64,000 nt of DNA from Rhizophagus irregularis (taxonomy: Eukaryota): positions 62,001 through 126,000 of the forward strand of contig NC_089436.1 in assembly GCF_026210795.1 (NCBI RefSeq), in the 5' to 3' direction. The notes beneath the pieces were generated by a model. That model searched no databases and was not told the DNA's origin. It saw nothing but the letters and a program-made list of their open reading frames with translations. Below, one piece after another: positions 50,771 to 64,000 of this stretch (positions are counted from its first letter, which is position 1; every line of letters starts with the position of its first letter). The position numbers and the translations under genes were made by a program.

Positions 50771-50955
50771 GTTAAGACTGATCATATTTTTTTAGGTTGC
50801 GATTTCCCCGTGTAAATGAGATTAACTGTTACACAGTATCTCAGAATTAAGGTTATATCGGGTTATAACTAAATCTTCATGTGAGAACATGTGCTTAAAT
50901 AACTAAATGCATCATTTTTTTTTCGTTATGCTTTTCATTTTTCTTCTCTGTTAAA

Positions 50956-52701
50956 ATGTTGAGTTTACATAAAATTGAAAATATTGCCAAATTAATGTTT
51001 GATTATTCTCTTGGAATTTTCTGGCTTATTTTCTTGGTATGTATTCCCCTTTTAAAAGATATAATTGTTAAACGGAAAGATGTTTTTACCGTAAAAGACA
51101 GAAGTAGTTGTAAGTATGCAGGTTATCCATAATATTAAGCATTCAAGAACTGTACGCTATGTAATGGACCAATTAATTAATTCTTCAAGAAATTTCTGCT
51201 AAAGAAAAAATCAACTACTTACTTTTATTTGTAGACGAGTCAAGATTATATACTGAATGTTCTGATTTTGTAAATCACCAAACACTAAAACTCGAAGGGA
51301 AAACTTTCCACTATGTTGAGGTTGGGGATGTATCTAAGCCCTTAATTTTATTTTTGCATGGATTTCCTCAGGTATATTGAAAACATTTGTATTATAACAT
51401 TTATTATTATTACTAATTTTACATTTACATAGTTTTGGTACGCATGGAGACATCAACTTCGAGGACTTCAAGATATGGATTATCATTTAGTGGCTATAGA
51501 CATGGTAAATAATAAATACGATTATTGTTCAGATTATCAGAAATTATGCTGATGACATTAAAATATTGATGCTTTGCATAGTTCTAAACTTCAAATGATA
51601 CTTTTATTAATCCGAATATATAGAGAAAGTCACATTTATCATATTTCATAACTTTTTATTTGATCTATAGAGGGGTGCGGGAGGGAGTTATAAACCATGT
51701 GAGGTGCGTCATTATAAGGCGAGTTTATTATTAACGGACATACGTGAAATTATACAAAAATTGTCTTCTAATGGACGTGCAGCATGTATAATTGGACATG
51801 ACTGGTAACTTAAAATATTAGTATAACATTGATGAGTTTATTAATGAATTTTTTAAAAAAATCAATTAAATCAATCCTGTTATTATTAATTATAGGGGTT
51901 CTTTAATTGCATGGCAGGCTGCAGCGCAAAGTTGGGAATGGGATCAATATCAGGATCAATCCGGATATGTTGACAGATTAATAATACTAAATGGCCCACA
52001 TATGGCTATATTTTACCAAAATTTTCATTCTCGATTAATCGATTTCATCCATTATCGCAACTTAAAATCTTTAATAAGAAATCCCATGTCTACATTTGCC
52101 CTTTCTTGGCAAAAATTTCGACCGTGTATAAATCAGCTCCTTGGAATATATTATACATATATATTTGGTTTATCAAGACCTATAGGAGAAACTTGGCTTT
52201 TATTAAGAGACCTTGAAATCTACGATGAAATATTCCGAACAATTCCAAAAGAGACGATGAGTGAAGAAGACATTAACATTTATAAAGCAATTTCTTGTGC
52301 AGATAATCATGCTAGTCTTACAGGCGGACTAAATTATTATAGAGGTGACGCTATAAATGGATTTTTCAAAGAACAAGAAAGACGCGGAATTAAACAACCT
52401 GGTTTCATTGGAATTCCTACTTTAGTCATATGGGTACGTACGTCTGTAATTTTAAACCGTTTCAATTATCTTTGCTGTTAAAACTTTTTTAACTTTGTAG
52501 GGAGACAAAGATCCAACGATGCATAAAGATCTAAGTTTATCTAATTTGGGAAAATTAGTGTCAAATCTGAAAATTGTAAACTTTCCTGAAGCTAACCATT
52601 TTATCCAAGAAGAATGTCCTGATAAAGTTAATGATTTAATTAGAAAGTTTATAACTAGTCAAGGAAATTTTCAGGACCTTGATGAAAACATAGAGTCATA
52701 A
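50956..52701 (+). CDS. Alpha/beta-hydrolase, epoxide hydrolase (EPHX3/4-like), multi-exon
   Basis: FLHGFPQ|FWYAWRHQ, AIDM|RG.GGS, GHDW|GS (Asp nucleophile), LNYYR, W|GDKD, ANHFIQEECP. Confidence 0.9.
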
Positions 52702-52976
52702 ATTACGTATTATTTTCAATTTGACCGGTTAAAGTTTTTTTAACGTCATAATAATTGGTCTTCTTTTCTTTTATAACTAAATTGTTACCAATTGCACTAT
52801 GAACTTTCTAAATGTTTATTAATTTAATTATCTATGGTGGATTAATACAATGATTGACAGCGCAAGCAATTATTTAAATGGTAGTAATTGTGATGATAAC
52901 TATGATGTCTATGATTGAATCGTTGAAATGTTTTTAATATATTAATACTAATCAAATAACAAATAAAAAGAGAAAT

Positions 52977-54902
52977 CTAATTTCTTCGATGAACTTTAAC
53001 TAATAAAGGATCTTTCATTGGTAAAGTTATAGAAACGCCAAAATCAGGCGGAGATTTTTGACCTGGTATTCTTTCAAATTTATATATTCTTAATAATGAA
53101 GTTGCCAATGTCATAGCTTCTATCGTAGCAAAATTCTGTCCGAGACTAATCGATTATTAAGAGAATATTAATAAAGTAATTAAATATACGCAGAGAATGT
53201 ATATGTAACTTACCATAATCTTGGACCACAATTGAAACTAGTGAATTTATATTGACTTGGCTTCAAACCATCTTCAGAGTTTAAGAATCGTTCAGGACTA
53301 AATATTTTTGCATTTTCACCCCATATTCTTTCATCTCTTCCAGTAGCCCAAGAAGACCAGTTCACTAATTCACCAGCATAAATTGGTGTACCATTTGGAA
53401 GCATATCATCTTTAAGGCATAACTATACAAACAGTTTTTAATGATTTAATTTTTATCATTTCGTATAAAAATATAAATTAGGATCTTTTCCCTACCTTTA
53501 TACTTATTGGTACTGCCGGATGTAATCTGAGTGTTTCATAAAATGTGGCTTGTGTATATTCGAATTGTTTAATATCGTCATATTTTGGAATTGGATTATC
53601 CTCGGAGAGTAAAGAATTTACTTCTTCTACTAATTTTCCTTCCACATTTGGATTTACCATTACATTATACATCATCCACGCGAGTTCTTGCGCGGTCGTA
53701 TCACGTCCTAAAATGTTATCATATAACAAATCATTATTTAAGCAAAGTCGACTAAAAAAAAAAATCCACATTTACCAGCAATGATTAAATTTATTATAAT
53801 GTCCTTTAATTCTTTATCGGTTAATTTTTCTCCATTTTCATATTCGGCATTCATGAAAAGATTAAGAATATCTTTGGGATTTTTCAAATATTCCGGGTTA
53901 CTTCGACGTTTCCTAATTATATCATAGGCAAAATCCGATAAATATTTACAAGCTTCACGAATCTTATGACCTTCATCTGTAAACATTTCATTACACCTCC
54001 ACAAGTAAGGATTTGTAACTCTTTTATTAGTTATTGTTTGTGCTAAATCAAATGCAACCGCAAATTTTACAGGATTTTTAATATTTGTTAAACAATCAAA
54101 GTCCAATCCAAATGTAATCTTCCCAAAAGAATTCAAGGTAAACCTATAAAATAATTCTTGTAAATCAAAAATTTCCCCACTATTCACTTTTTTTTCCATG
54201 ATTTTTAAAAAATTTTTGGTTTCTTCTTCAAATACAACACAAATAATTTCACGAAAATTTTTTCCGTAAAATAAATGACTAGCCAACTTTCGTTGAAATT
54301 TCCACATTTGTCTAAAAATAAAATAATCATGTTAATATATTAATAGCATATGTAATATATAATAAAGTATTGTTCTAAAAGCGTACCCATTAACGTTAAA
54401 TATACCATCACCTAACAAGTCAAGTAATCTTATTCTACTACCAGGAGTTTTTATGTAATTATCAAAATTTGCTGGAAAAAAAAGATATTAATTAGGATCT
54501 ACATAATTATTAAGAGAAATTTTATAAATTCCTTGAAGCTCACTTTTCATAACATATTCTATACTTTCAGGATCATTAATTGTAATAAATCTACCCAATC
54601 CTGGAAAAGTAAAAGTACTGTCCAAACATTATTAATAAATTTTCAATCCAATTTCATTTTATACTGACAGAATAACATTAAATTACTCACGCAATTGGAC
54701 CATAAATCATTAAAACATCATACATAAATTTTGTTAACCCTTTCTCTCTTATTTTGAAAAGATTTCCAATTAACGGTAAACCTTTTGGTCCCGTAAGATC
54801 TGGTCTTGCATTTGTACCTATACTTCTATCCGGATATTTTATTATTAGATAAAGAAGAATACCTAGGAGGATAATGAATATTGATGTTATAATGGATATC
54901 AT
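52977..54902 (-). CDS. Cytochrome P450 (fatty-acid-hydroxylase-like), multi-exon
   Basis: N-terminal TM plus GPKGLP; IAG|RDTT; ETLRLHP; PERF; FNCGPRLC|LG haem motif. Confidence 0.93.
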
Positions 54903-55469
54903 TTTCAAAAGTAAAGTATAAGAAATATATTTTTTTTAAAAAAAAAGAAAAAAAGAGCAAAAAAAAAAATTATAAAAAATAGGAAGGCAAAAAAGAAAAT
55001 AAAAATATAGAATTAAACAAAGAATTCGAACAAAGAATCTGAACAAAAAAAGAAATAAATGAATGATAAAGACTTCATTTCGTATTGATTTGAAAGAGAA
55101 ATTGTAGATCCATCTGATTGATGACAATTAGCAATTGTATCATTGGTTAATATCGCAAGTAAATCATTAATGTTTTTATTAAAATCGAATAAAAGAAATT
55201 ATATTGCTCCGATATTTTAAAAATTTAATTAACCTAAATTGTTATCTGTATTACTACATGTCAAATCCTATCCTGTATTGGACTTGTTGATGTGCAATGT
55301 AACCAATGTAACATCGTAATACTTGAAATAAACTAAATTTTTGTATCAATGACTTATTATACTTAAATATACTTAATTATACTTGAATTATACTGAAAAT
55401 CAATTTCGAGACGGCGCAATTAAGTAATACATTTATATTGATACTTGAAAAGTGAAAACTCACTTTTTA

Positions 55470-55735
55470 TAACGTATTCTACCAGGATCATTAATTGTAA
55501 TAAATCCATCCAATTCCGGAAAAGTAAAAGTACTATTCAAACATTTTTGGTTTTGTATCTATACTTCTATCCGGTTATTTTATTATTACCTAAGATAATA
55601 GGCGTAAAAAAAAACATAAAAAAAATCAAAACAAAAAGAGGTAAAAATATAAATTAAACAAAGAATTAAAACAAAAGAATTCAACCAAAAATTGTATTCC
55701 CAAGTATAAATGGATGATTTCACTTCGTATTGGGC
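55470..55735 (-). pseudogene. Collapsed remnant of a third P450 5' region
   Basis: 55481-55545 matches exon 2 of the minus-strand P450 (54568-54630); 55559-55585 matches 54819-54845; 5' UTR-like sequence follows. Confidence 0.6.
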
Positions 55736-56109
55736 TTGATTTTGAGAGATTATAATTGGGTTAAATTAACGGTATATGCTATTCTGAATCACTAAAGTCG
55801 CTTGAATATTTTTCCGGCCTTTTTTCGTTTATGTAGCTCGTAATTAAGGCCTATCCTTGTTTGTTTGATGTGCAATGTGAAAAATAATACGATGGCGCAC
55901 CGAACACAATTAAAGAAAGGTTAAATCTATATTTGGGAATTATGAATGTTGTGAATGTTTCAAATAAACTAATTAACCTTCTTCGTCTCATTGAAAACGT
56001 TTAAAAAAGCGAACTGAAACTGGTTTTATTTCATATTTTAATTAAATCACGGAAAACGAAATATATATACATATTTTTGTTCTCATCGTAAGCTAAAAAA
56101 ATAAAAAGG

Positions 56110-58217
56110 ATGACAATTATTATAACTATCCTCGTAGGATTCGTAGGAATTTTGATTTATCTTTTGATAAAATATCCGGATAGAAGTATTGGTACAAATC
56201 CAAGAAGAGATCTTAATGGTCCAAAAGGTTTACCGCTCTTTGGAAATCTTTTTGATGTTCTTAAACATGATAATAATGGATTTGTAATCTTCTTATATGA
56301 AACTTTAATGAAATACGGTCCAAATGCGTAAGTTATGAAAATTTTTTTTTTTAAAAAAAAAACAGTTTATAATAACAACAATAATTAACGATTAATTTAC
56401 TTAAATTTAGAACATATACTTTACCAGGATTTGGTAGATTTATAACTGTCAATAATCCCGAATGTTTAGAGCATGTTATGAAAGGTATTAAAAATTATAT
56501 AAATTATTATTGAAGAAAATAATAATTTCTGATAATATGAAACAATTTTTACAGCGAATTTCGAAGGTTATGTTAAGGGAGATAAGTTATATAAAATCCT
56601 TTACGATCTTCTAGGAGATGGAATTTTCAATACTTCCGGGTAAAAAGATGATTTTACTGCGCCACAACATAAACCTTTTCGTATTATCATTAACATAAAT
56701 TTTTTGATATATTAATAGGGATAATTGGAAAATGCAAAGAAAATTATTTAGTCAGTTATTTAATGTTAGAAATTTTCGTGAAATTATATGTGTCGTGTTT
56801 GAAGAACAAACCAAAATATTTTTAAAAATCATGGAAAAAAAAGTGAATAGTGGAGAAATTTTTGATTTACAAGAATTATTTTATAGGTTTACGTTGGATT
56901 CATTTGGAAAGTAAGTTTTAAAATTATCTTTTTTTTGAAAAAAAAAAAAATCTTTTATCTCATTTATCATTAAATTTAAGGATTATATTTGGATTGGACT
57001 TTAAATGCTTAACGAATACAGATAGTCCAGTAAAATTTGCTCAATCATTTGATTTCGTTCAAGGAGCATTAGGCAAACGATTACAAAATAGTTTCTGGAA
57101 TATTACAGAATTATTCACAGAAGAAGGTCGTAAATTGCGTGAAGATTGTAAATACTTAACAGAATTTGCATATCAAATAATTGAAAATCGTAGAAAGAAT
57201 CCAGAAACTCTAAGAGAAGCTACAGATGTTCTAAATCTTTTTATGGAAGCTAAATATGATAATGGAGAAAATATGTCAGATAAACAGTTAATAGATGTTG
57301 TTTTAAATTTCATCATTGCTGGTACGTTTTTTTTTAAAAAAAAACTTTTTATTTTGGTATTTTACACTCTCCTCATAACAATCTGTATAATTTAGGACGT
57401 GATTCGACCGCGCAGGTAATAACATAAATACATAAATACCGTATATATTAATATTATTAATATAAATATGTATATTTGATATTTTCCATTATTATTTAGA
57501 CCCTTTCTTGGATGATGTATAATGTTATGGTTAATCCTTCTATTGAAGAAAAATTAGTAAAAGAGGCGAATTCTTTACTCTCAGAAGAAGAACCAATTTC
57601 AGGTTATGAAAATATAAAACAGTTTCAATATACTCACGCAACATTATACGAAACTCTTCGATTACATCCAACAGTACCAAACAATTTTAGGGTAATAATC
57701 AAAATCTAATCAAAAATTATTTTTATAATAAGTTTATTCACAGGAAAAATACTTAAAAAATCATTATAGGTATGTCTTAAAGATGACGTACTTCCAAATG
57801 GTATACCAATTTATGCTGGTGAAATGGTAAATTGGTCCTCTTGGGCTGCTGGAAGAGACGAAAGAACGTGGGGCAAAGATGCAAAAATATTTAATCCTGA
57901 ACGATTCTTAAACTCCGAAGATGGATTAAAACCAAGTCCATACAAATTCACCAGTTTTAATTGTGGACCAAGAATATGGTATGTAAATATGCATTATTGG
58001 TATAGTGGGATAAAATATCGTGTCACTCAACATTGTCATTTCTGTTATTAGTCTTGGACAAAATTTCGCTACAACTGAAGTCATAATGTTGGCAACTGCT
58101 GTATTAAGACAATATAAATTTGAAATGGTACCAGGACAAAAATTACCACCTGATTTTGGCGTTTCTTTAACTTTACCTATGAAAAATCCTTTATTAGTCA
58201 AAGTTTATCATCGATGA
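56110..58217 (+). CDS. Cytochrome P450 paralogue, multi-exon
   Basis: KYPDRSIGTN; IAG|RDST; ETLRLHP; PERF; FNCGPRIC|LG. Confidence 0.93.
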
Positions 58218-58406
58218 TTTAAAATGCGAGTTGTGTAGTACAAGTACGAAACTGCGTATGAACTTTATAGGAACTTAATTACCTTTTAAAGAGGAAAAAA
58301 AAAAAGAAATACAATACATTTTACATATAATAAAATATAACAATTTAACTGACTACAAGTATACTGTACACTACATATTTATTTAACTATTTATATTTTA
58401 AAATGT

Positions 58407-58955
58407 TTAAAATAAACTATCTGATAAACTATCTGGCTCGGGGGCTAATTTTATTAAATTCATAGTTTGTTGATTATAAATTTTATTTATTTGATCCGAA
58501 ATTTTTTTATAATAGGCCTTAACGGTTATAGGTTCTCTTTTCCAATAATCACTTGATAACCTCGTGATCAATAATTGATGTAATTTAATTTCTAAACTTT
58601 CCAAATATTCAGAAAAATATTTTCTGTATATAATAAAAGAATTTCCCGTACGGTAAGTGATATTCTTTCTTTTCTCGAATTTTGGTACATAATCTTCAAC
58701 ATTTATATTTGGTGGAAAATTTGGTTTTAAGCATTCTTGATCTGTAATTAAACTTATTAAATAAGTAGTATAATTATGATATTCATGAGCTAAGTAATTA
58801 GGATTCGTACGAAGTTGTTCTGTGTCGTACGTTGTATTAATATAAACTAAATAATAATCTCGAAAAAATGGATTTTCTAAAGGGGGTAAAGGTTTGTCCA
58901 AATTTTCGTAATTTTTGAATAATATATTATATTTCTCATTTTCGTTTGTATCCAT
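58407..58955 (-). CDS. MATA-type HMG-box protein
   Basis: RTGNSFIIYRK...SSDYWKREPITVKAYYKKIS. Confidence 0.8.
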   Translation of the reverse strand: MDTNENEKYNILFKNYENLDKPLPPLENPFFRDYYLVYINTTYDTEQLRTNPNYLAHEYHNYTTYLISLITDQECLKPNFPPNINVEDYVPKFEKRKNITYRTGNSFIIYRKYFSEYLESLEIKLHQLLITRLSSDYWKREPITVKAYYKKISDQINKIYNQQTMNLIKLAPEPDSLSDSLF

Positions 58956-60247
58956 TTTTGTTTAGAGAGAAATTCGAAATTTTTTTCTTTTTTTTTTTTA
59001 TAAAACCTTTGCTTTTATATATAATTCTACCGCAGTTTTGTACTAATTTTGACTAAATTAAACAAAAAAAATTTTTTTTAGTCATCCGTTTACATAAATA
59101 GTAATAAATATATGAAACTAATAGGAAAATGGTTCCGATGAAACGGGTAGCTGCGTATTGCGAGTAAAGAAAGGAATACTGCGGCATTCATCGGCACTGT
59201 GTAAAAATAAATAAAGTACGCATTATATATTTATAATTTTCTTTCTACACATTTAAACCTTTTTAAAAAAAATTATTATTGAAAATTTTAGGAAATAAAG
59301 CATTCATTTTTAATGTCTTCTCGCAAATCACGGAATTACCTTTGACAAAACTTAATATATAAAGAAAATTCGTTAAATATAGCAAAATCGTAGTACATAT
59401 ATATAATATATATTTATATATATTCTGGTTGTGGAACAATATTTACGATCAACTTTGAAACTTTTTCCTGTAAAAAATGATGATTGATACCAAATTTGTT
59501 TAAGATATTAACATCCGAGCTTATTATATAGCTAAAATGATTTATTACAATAGTAAAATTTGATCAAAGAAACAATTCATAGATTTCATGAAAGAATAAC
59601 TCAAGACCCAAATATAAATTTTTAATTCTGGAAGATCACAACAATTTATAAGTATTATTAGGTCTTTCAATTCTTTTCATTATTGAAAGGGTTTTCTAAG
59701 TTAATAATAGGATTAACTAGAAATAAAATAATGAACCATCATGTTTTTTTAAAAAGGGATTGTTTATATAAAAGGAAATTATATTTCTTTGATTCCTCTT
59801 CAGGTGAGGAAACAATAGATTTGTTTCATTGCGGAGATTGTTGGAATGATGTGCAATGATAGAACCAATCGGCGGTATCATTGAGTGAAGCGGATAATGA
59901 ACTTTTTGTGTCACTTTGCGTAGTATTTCGTCATATGTTACGCTCAAGACTAATAAAAGAACCTTCTGGTACGCAAAAATCACATAATTGTCATAATTGT
60001 TAAAATTTTCTTGCCCACCGGTTTGAGTAGATTATTTTCGCGTGTAGTTTAGTTAGTATTTTTGTCAATTTTGACTTATATGTAATTTTCTACTTATAAT
60101 CGCGTCCATGTTAGGTTTCTAACTGGAACCCATTAATAAAAATAAAAATAAAAATAATTGTTAAAATTTTCTTTATTACAAAAAAAAAAATGTCTTAAAT
60201 TAAAAAAAAATCATATCATAAACTTTGATTTAAACTTATAATTAAAC

Positions 60248-60312
60248 TTATTCTAATTACTTATTCTAATTACTTATTCTAATTACTTATTCTGATTACT
60301 TATTCTAATTAA
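60248..60312. repeat. 13-bp minisatellite, about 5 copies
   Basis: (TTATTCTAATTAC)n. Confidence 0.85.
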
Positions 60313-60396
60313 ATAATTAAACTTATGATTAAAATTAAACTTATTAAACTTATACTAATTAAAACTTATGATAATATTAAACTTATGCTATGCTAA

Positions 60397-61041
60397 TCAA
60401 ATCTCAACAACTTGAAAAACTTCATAATCGTCTAAATTTAAATGAGACTCTTTTTTAATAAATTTATTGATTCCATTATATGAAAGAGAACCATAAGAAA
60501 CCATTTTGTTATTAATAATACCTAAATCATAACCACCACCAAAACAAGGACCACAAGTAGGATCATAATAAATAGCTTTTTTAGGATTTGTAACCTTAAT
60601 TAATTTAGATATTCTTGATTTAATTATAGATTTCTTATCAATATCTTTATCAGAATTTACTTTCTTTTCACCTTTACCAAAACAAAATAAAAAACTATTT
60701 TCTGTTTGATAAATATTTTTATCATCAATACTATCAGAATTTTGTTTCCAATCTAAAGGATTATAACCACCAATCAATAGATTCTTTTTAGATATTTTTG
60801 CAATTGTGATAGTTGGACCTTTATTATCACATAAAGTATGAAATTTTTTAGCATCAAAACCATCACGACTTGCTCTATAAAGTAATTTAAATGAATAAGG
60901 TAAATTTTTTGAAGAATAATAATTTTTCTTATCTCGTTGATCAATCCAACTTGATATATAAGTTAATTTCTTTGATGTTAATAAAAGAGAATTTAAAGGG
61001 GAACGGGAAGAAATTAATAAAGAATTTTTAATAATTGAATC

Positions 61042-61073
<32 letters not shown>

Positions 61074-61917
61074 TATTATGATGAAGGTTAAAAATTTCCA
61101 AACAAAAATCTTTTGGTAAAATATTAGAATAAGGGGCTACCTTATTTGTAATATCATTTAATGGAATATCTTTCCATCTAATTAATGGAATAAAATCATA
61201 TAAAATATCTTTTAAAGTATTTGTTTCTTCTTTTGACCAATTATTAATAGTTTTAAATATAAGTTGAGATGAAGGCATTTGAGCTATACCCCATTTTAAA
61301 ATATAATTCCAAATTTGAATTTCTTCTTTAACATTAAGAAAATTTTGATTTAAAATCAATAATAAAATAGATCTATCCAATAATAAAAATTCCGTGGAAT
61401 TGAATAAAAATTTCATGGGATTTTCACAAATAATATTAATACAATGTTCTTTTAAGGAAGAAAATATTTCATTATAATTATATAATAAAATATGAAGGAA
61501 TTTTAAAGGATTACGATATAAATGTTCTGATTGATTTTCTATCAAATATTGTAAAATGAAATCAATTAAACATGTTAATTCTAATTCATTTGAAGTGATC
61601 AACACTTGTAAAATGTCAAATGTATCTAAATTTTTTAAATCAATTTTTCCTGTATATAAATATTTTAAAATAATTTTAAATATTTTTGGTGAATAATTTC
61701 GTTTATCAAAAACAATTATTCCATTTTCTTTATAAAGTTTTTCAATATTTGTTAATTCATTCTGAAAATATCTACTTCTCACTCTTAAAATAAGTGAATG
61801 TGCTCTAAAATCTTTTTGTGATGTTCCTTCTCCTACTCTAATAATAATGTCATGTGTGTTACGACTATTTTCAAGTAATTTACCAATATCTCGAGAAAAA
61901 TCTTTTAATAGAAACAT
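60397..61917 (-). CDS. BTB/POZ-BACK-TLDc domain protein, single exon
   Basis: DIIIRVG...FRAHSLILRVRSRYF...ILKYLYTG (BTB); EIQIWNYILKW (BACK); FKLLYRASRDG...FHTLCDNKGPT...GGYNP...GPCFG...DYEVFQV (TLDc). Confidence 0.93.
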
Positions 61918-64000
61918 TTTTTAAAATTTTCTTGTGTAATAATTGTGTTTAATTTGTGTGATAAAAAAAATTCAAAATCTGTGTTATAAGAAGAGAAAAA
62001 TGAAAAAAAAGAGGAGTTTTTTTCGACAATTTTATAATAAAAATTTCTTACCCTTATTTAAATCTTAAAAGTCGAATAATATAGGTTACACCACATATTC
62101 TCTCCAATTTATCTTTCATTTCCTAAAATGCATGAACACACATTGTCGACGAAACGCCTAATGATGTAATAATGTCTACATGATACAACAGTCAGTGAAA
62201 TATATATTATATTAAAACAATGGTGTTATGCGTTAAAAGTGGCGCGGCCGAGGTTTATGTCCGACCTTATGATAATGTTTGATGCATGATGACCAATCAT
62301 AATAACTGATATTATAAGACATGCGTAATGTATGGCTTGAAAATGTGGCTTGAAACCAAATTAATTAACTAGTTTCGTCTCAATTGCATTTTACTGAGGT
62401 AATTTTCAACTTTCAAAATTGTTGGTATGATTTAATTTATACATCAATATATTAAAAAAATAAATATATTATACAAAGACAATACCAAATATATGAAAAT
62501 TATGAAATTTCATATGTTTCGCAACTATTCTACGTTTCAAGAAAAAAAAAGACCAAGACCGAAACGATTTTGAATCATAGTGAGTTGTATACATTTTATT
62601 AACTTCGTTAAAATCTACAAATAGAGTATTTATTGGACGGAAGGGTATAATATTAATTTACTAATTTAAAATTAGTATTATACCTATCTAAGTTAGTATA
62701 TGCTAAAGGTTATTTCTAGGTGTATGTGACATATCGTTATATCTTTGTTGTATTTTTTACATGAAAGAGCATAAATATACATTGTCATTATTATTATATT
62801 AATTTATTTCATACTTTGTTTGTTTTCTAAATATAGTTAGAATAAGTAATTTGTCTGAAACAAGAAATACATGTCATAAAATTTATAATTATTTCTCCGA
62901 CATTTTTTTGCGTTGTACTATTTGAAACATTTTAAATATAATTGGATTTACTACGCCACGCATCCATTTAATTTTTTCATTCAAATCTGCTTGGAATTTC
63001 TAGCTTGTAATCGTATCCAAAATACTGTATGTACAATATATTGTACGACGATAAGACGAAATTTACCTTAAAAAGAAACTTTGAATATTTGAGAACGGTT
63101 CACATGGTTAGTCGATAAACATTTTTTTATTCGTCAGAACTTTTAAAGAATACGGCATTTAAACCATATTGTTTTGTTTACTTATAATAATTTGTGAATA
63201 CATCAATTGAGTAACAACTTTAAAAAAATACCATAAATGTTAATTTTTACAACAAATTCTAGAATTTACGGCCATTATTATTCAATTTCCTAATTCCATG
63301 GTTTCGTGTTACTGAAATTATCGCGTGTATTATTATTTTGTATTCTATCCATTCACATAAATAAATTTTTGAATGTTTTTTTTTAAAAAAAAAATGTCGA
63401 GTTTTTTAAATTTTTTTTTCTTTCGTGATATTTTTTTTTTATTTATGTTATTCATTATTTAGGGTAAGTTTAACTTCATTTTTTTTTTAAAAAAAAAATC
63501 ATTATAATTTTTCCCGCATGATATTTATACTTTAAAAGTTAAACAGATAGATCGCCAGCAATTTCTTTTTTTTTCTTTTAAAGTAAATTTTGAAGAAAAT
63601 CTTTTTTACGTATCTTTTTAATTTTTTTTAAAAGATCAAATGATTTTTTTTTTTGTTTTCTTTACTAGTTTAGTTCCTTTTTTTTTTTTTTAATAATTTT
63701 TACTCGTTTAAATCTTTTTCATTAAGGTCGGATGGCGCCTTTTTTTTTAGCGAAAATTGTTTTCCGAAAATAACGGCCGAAAAAGATTTACTCTATTTTC
63801 TGCGCCATATCGAAATTTTTGTAAGTTATTTAAATCCATAAAATCCATAAATTACACGAAAAATCTAAAATAAGCGAAAAATAAAAAAAAAAATTATAAT
63901 CCAGTTCAAAATAATGAACAAAATAATATAACAATAAAAACTCCTAATGTACATTAACTTCTATGGATATATAAATATTACTAGATCATTCTTCTTTTCT

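Noticed and set aside
59717..59983. 88-aa ORF
   Set aside because: GTG start, no recognisable motif, no consistent gene model found by eye

Overview
AT-rich, intron-containing eukaryotic DNA. Its gene families (Crinkler, MATA-type HMG box, BTB-TLDc, F-box/LRR) and repeat load suggest an arbuscular mycorrhizal fungus (Glomeromycotina, Rhizophagus-like); this is an inference. The first ~11.7 kb is a decayed, gene-dense, intronless Polinton/Maverick-like element with a protein-primed family B DNA polymerase (HNH insertion) and an intact rve/DDE integrase. Where Polintons normally carry a jelly-roll capsid, packaging ATPase and cysteine protease, this copy shows a retrotransposon-type Gag-CCHC-aspartic protease polyprotein with no reverse transcriptase, plus a TBP-fold gene and an F-box gene. 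The right part of the element is lost, so absence of the canonical module cannot be proven from this window. From 11.7 to 46 kb lies a nest of transposons: LINEs, an ORF1-only retroposon, a candidate tRNA-derived SINE, MULE and CACTA transposase relics, many MITEs with readable TSDs and a 2.4-kb satellite. An apparently intact Crinkler gene sits inside this nest. From 46 to 64 kb is an ordinary host gene block: epoxide hydrolase-like gene, head-to-head P450 pair, HMG-box gene, BTB-TLDc gene. All calls come from reading motifs by eye; no searches were run.
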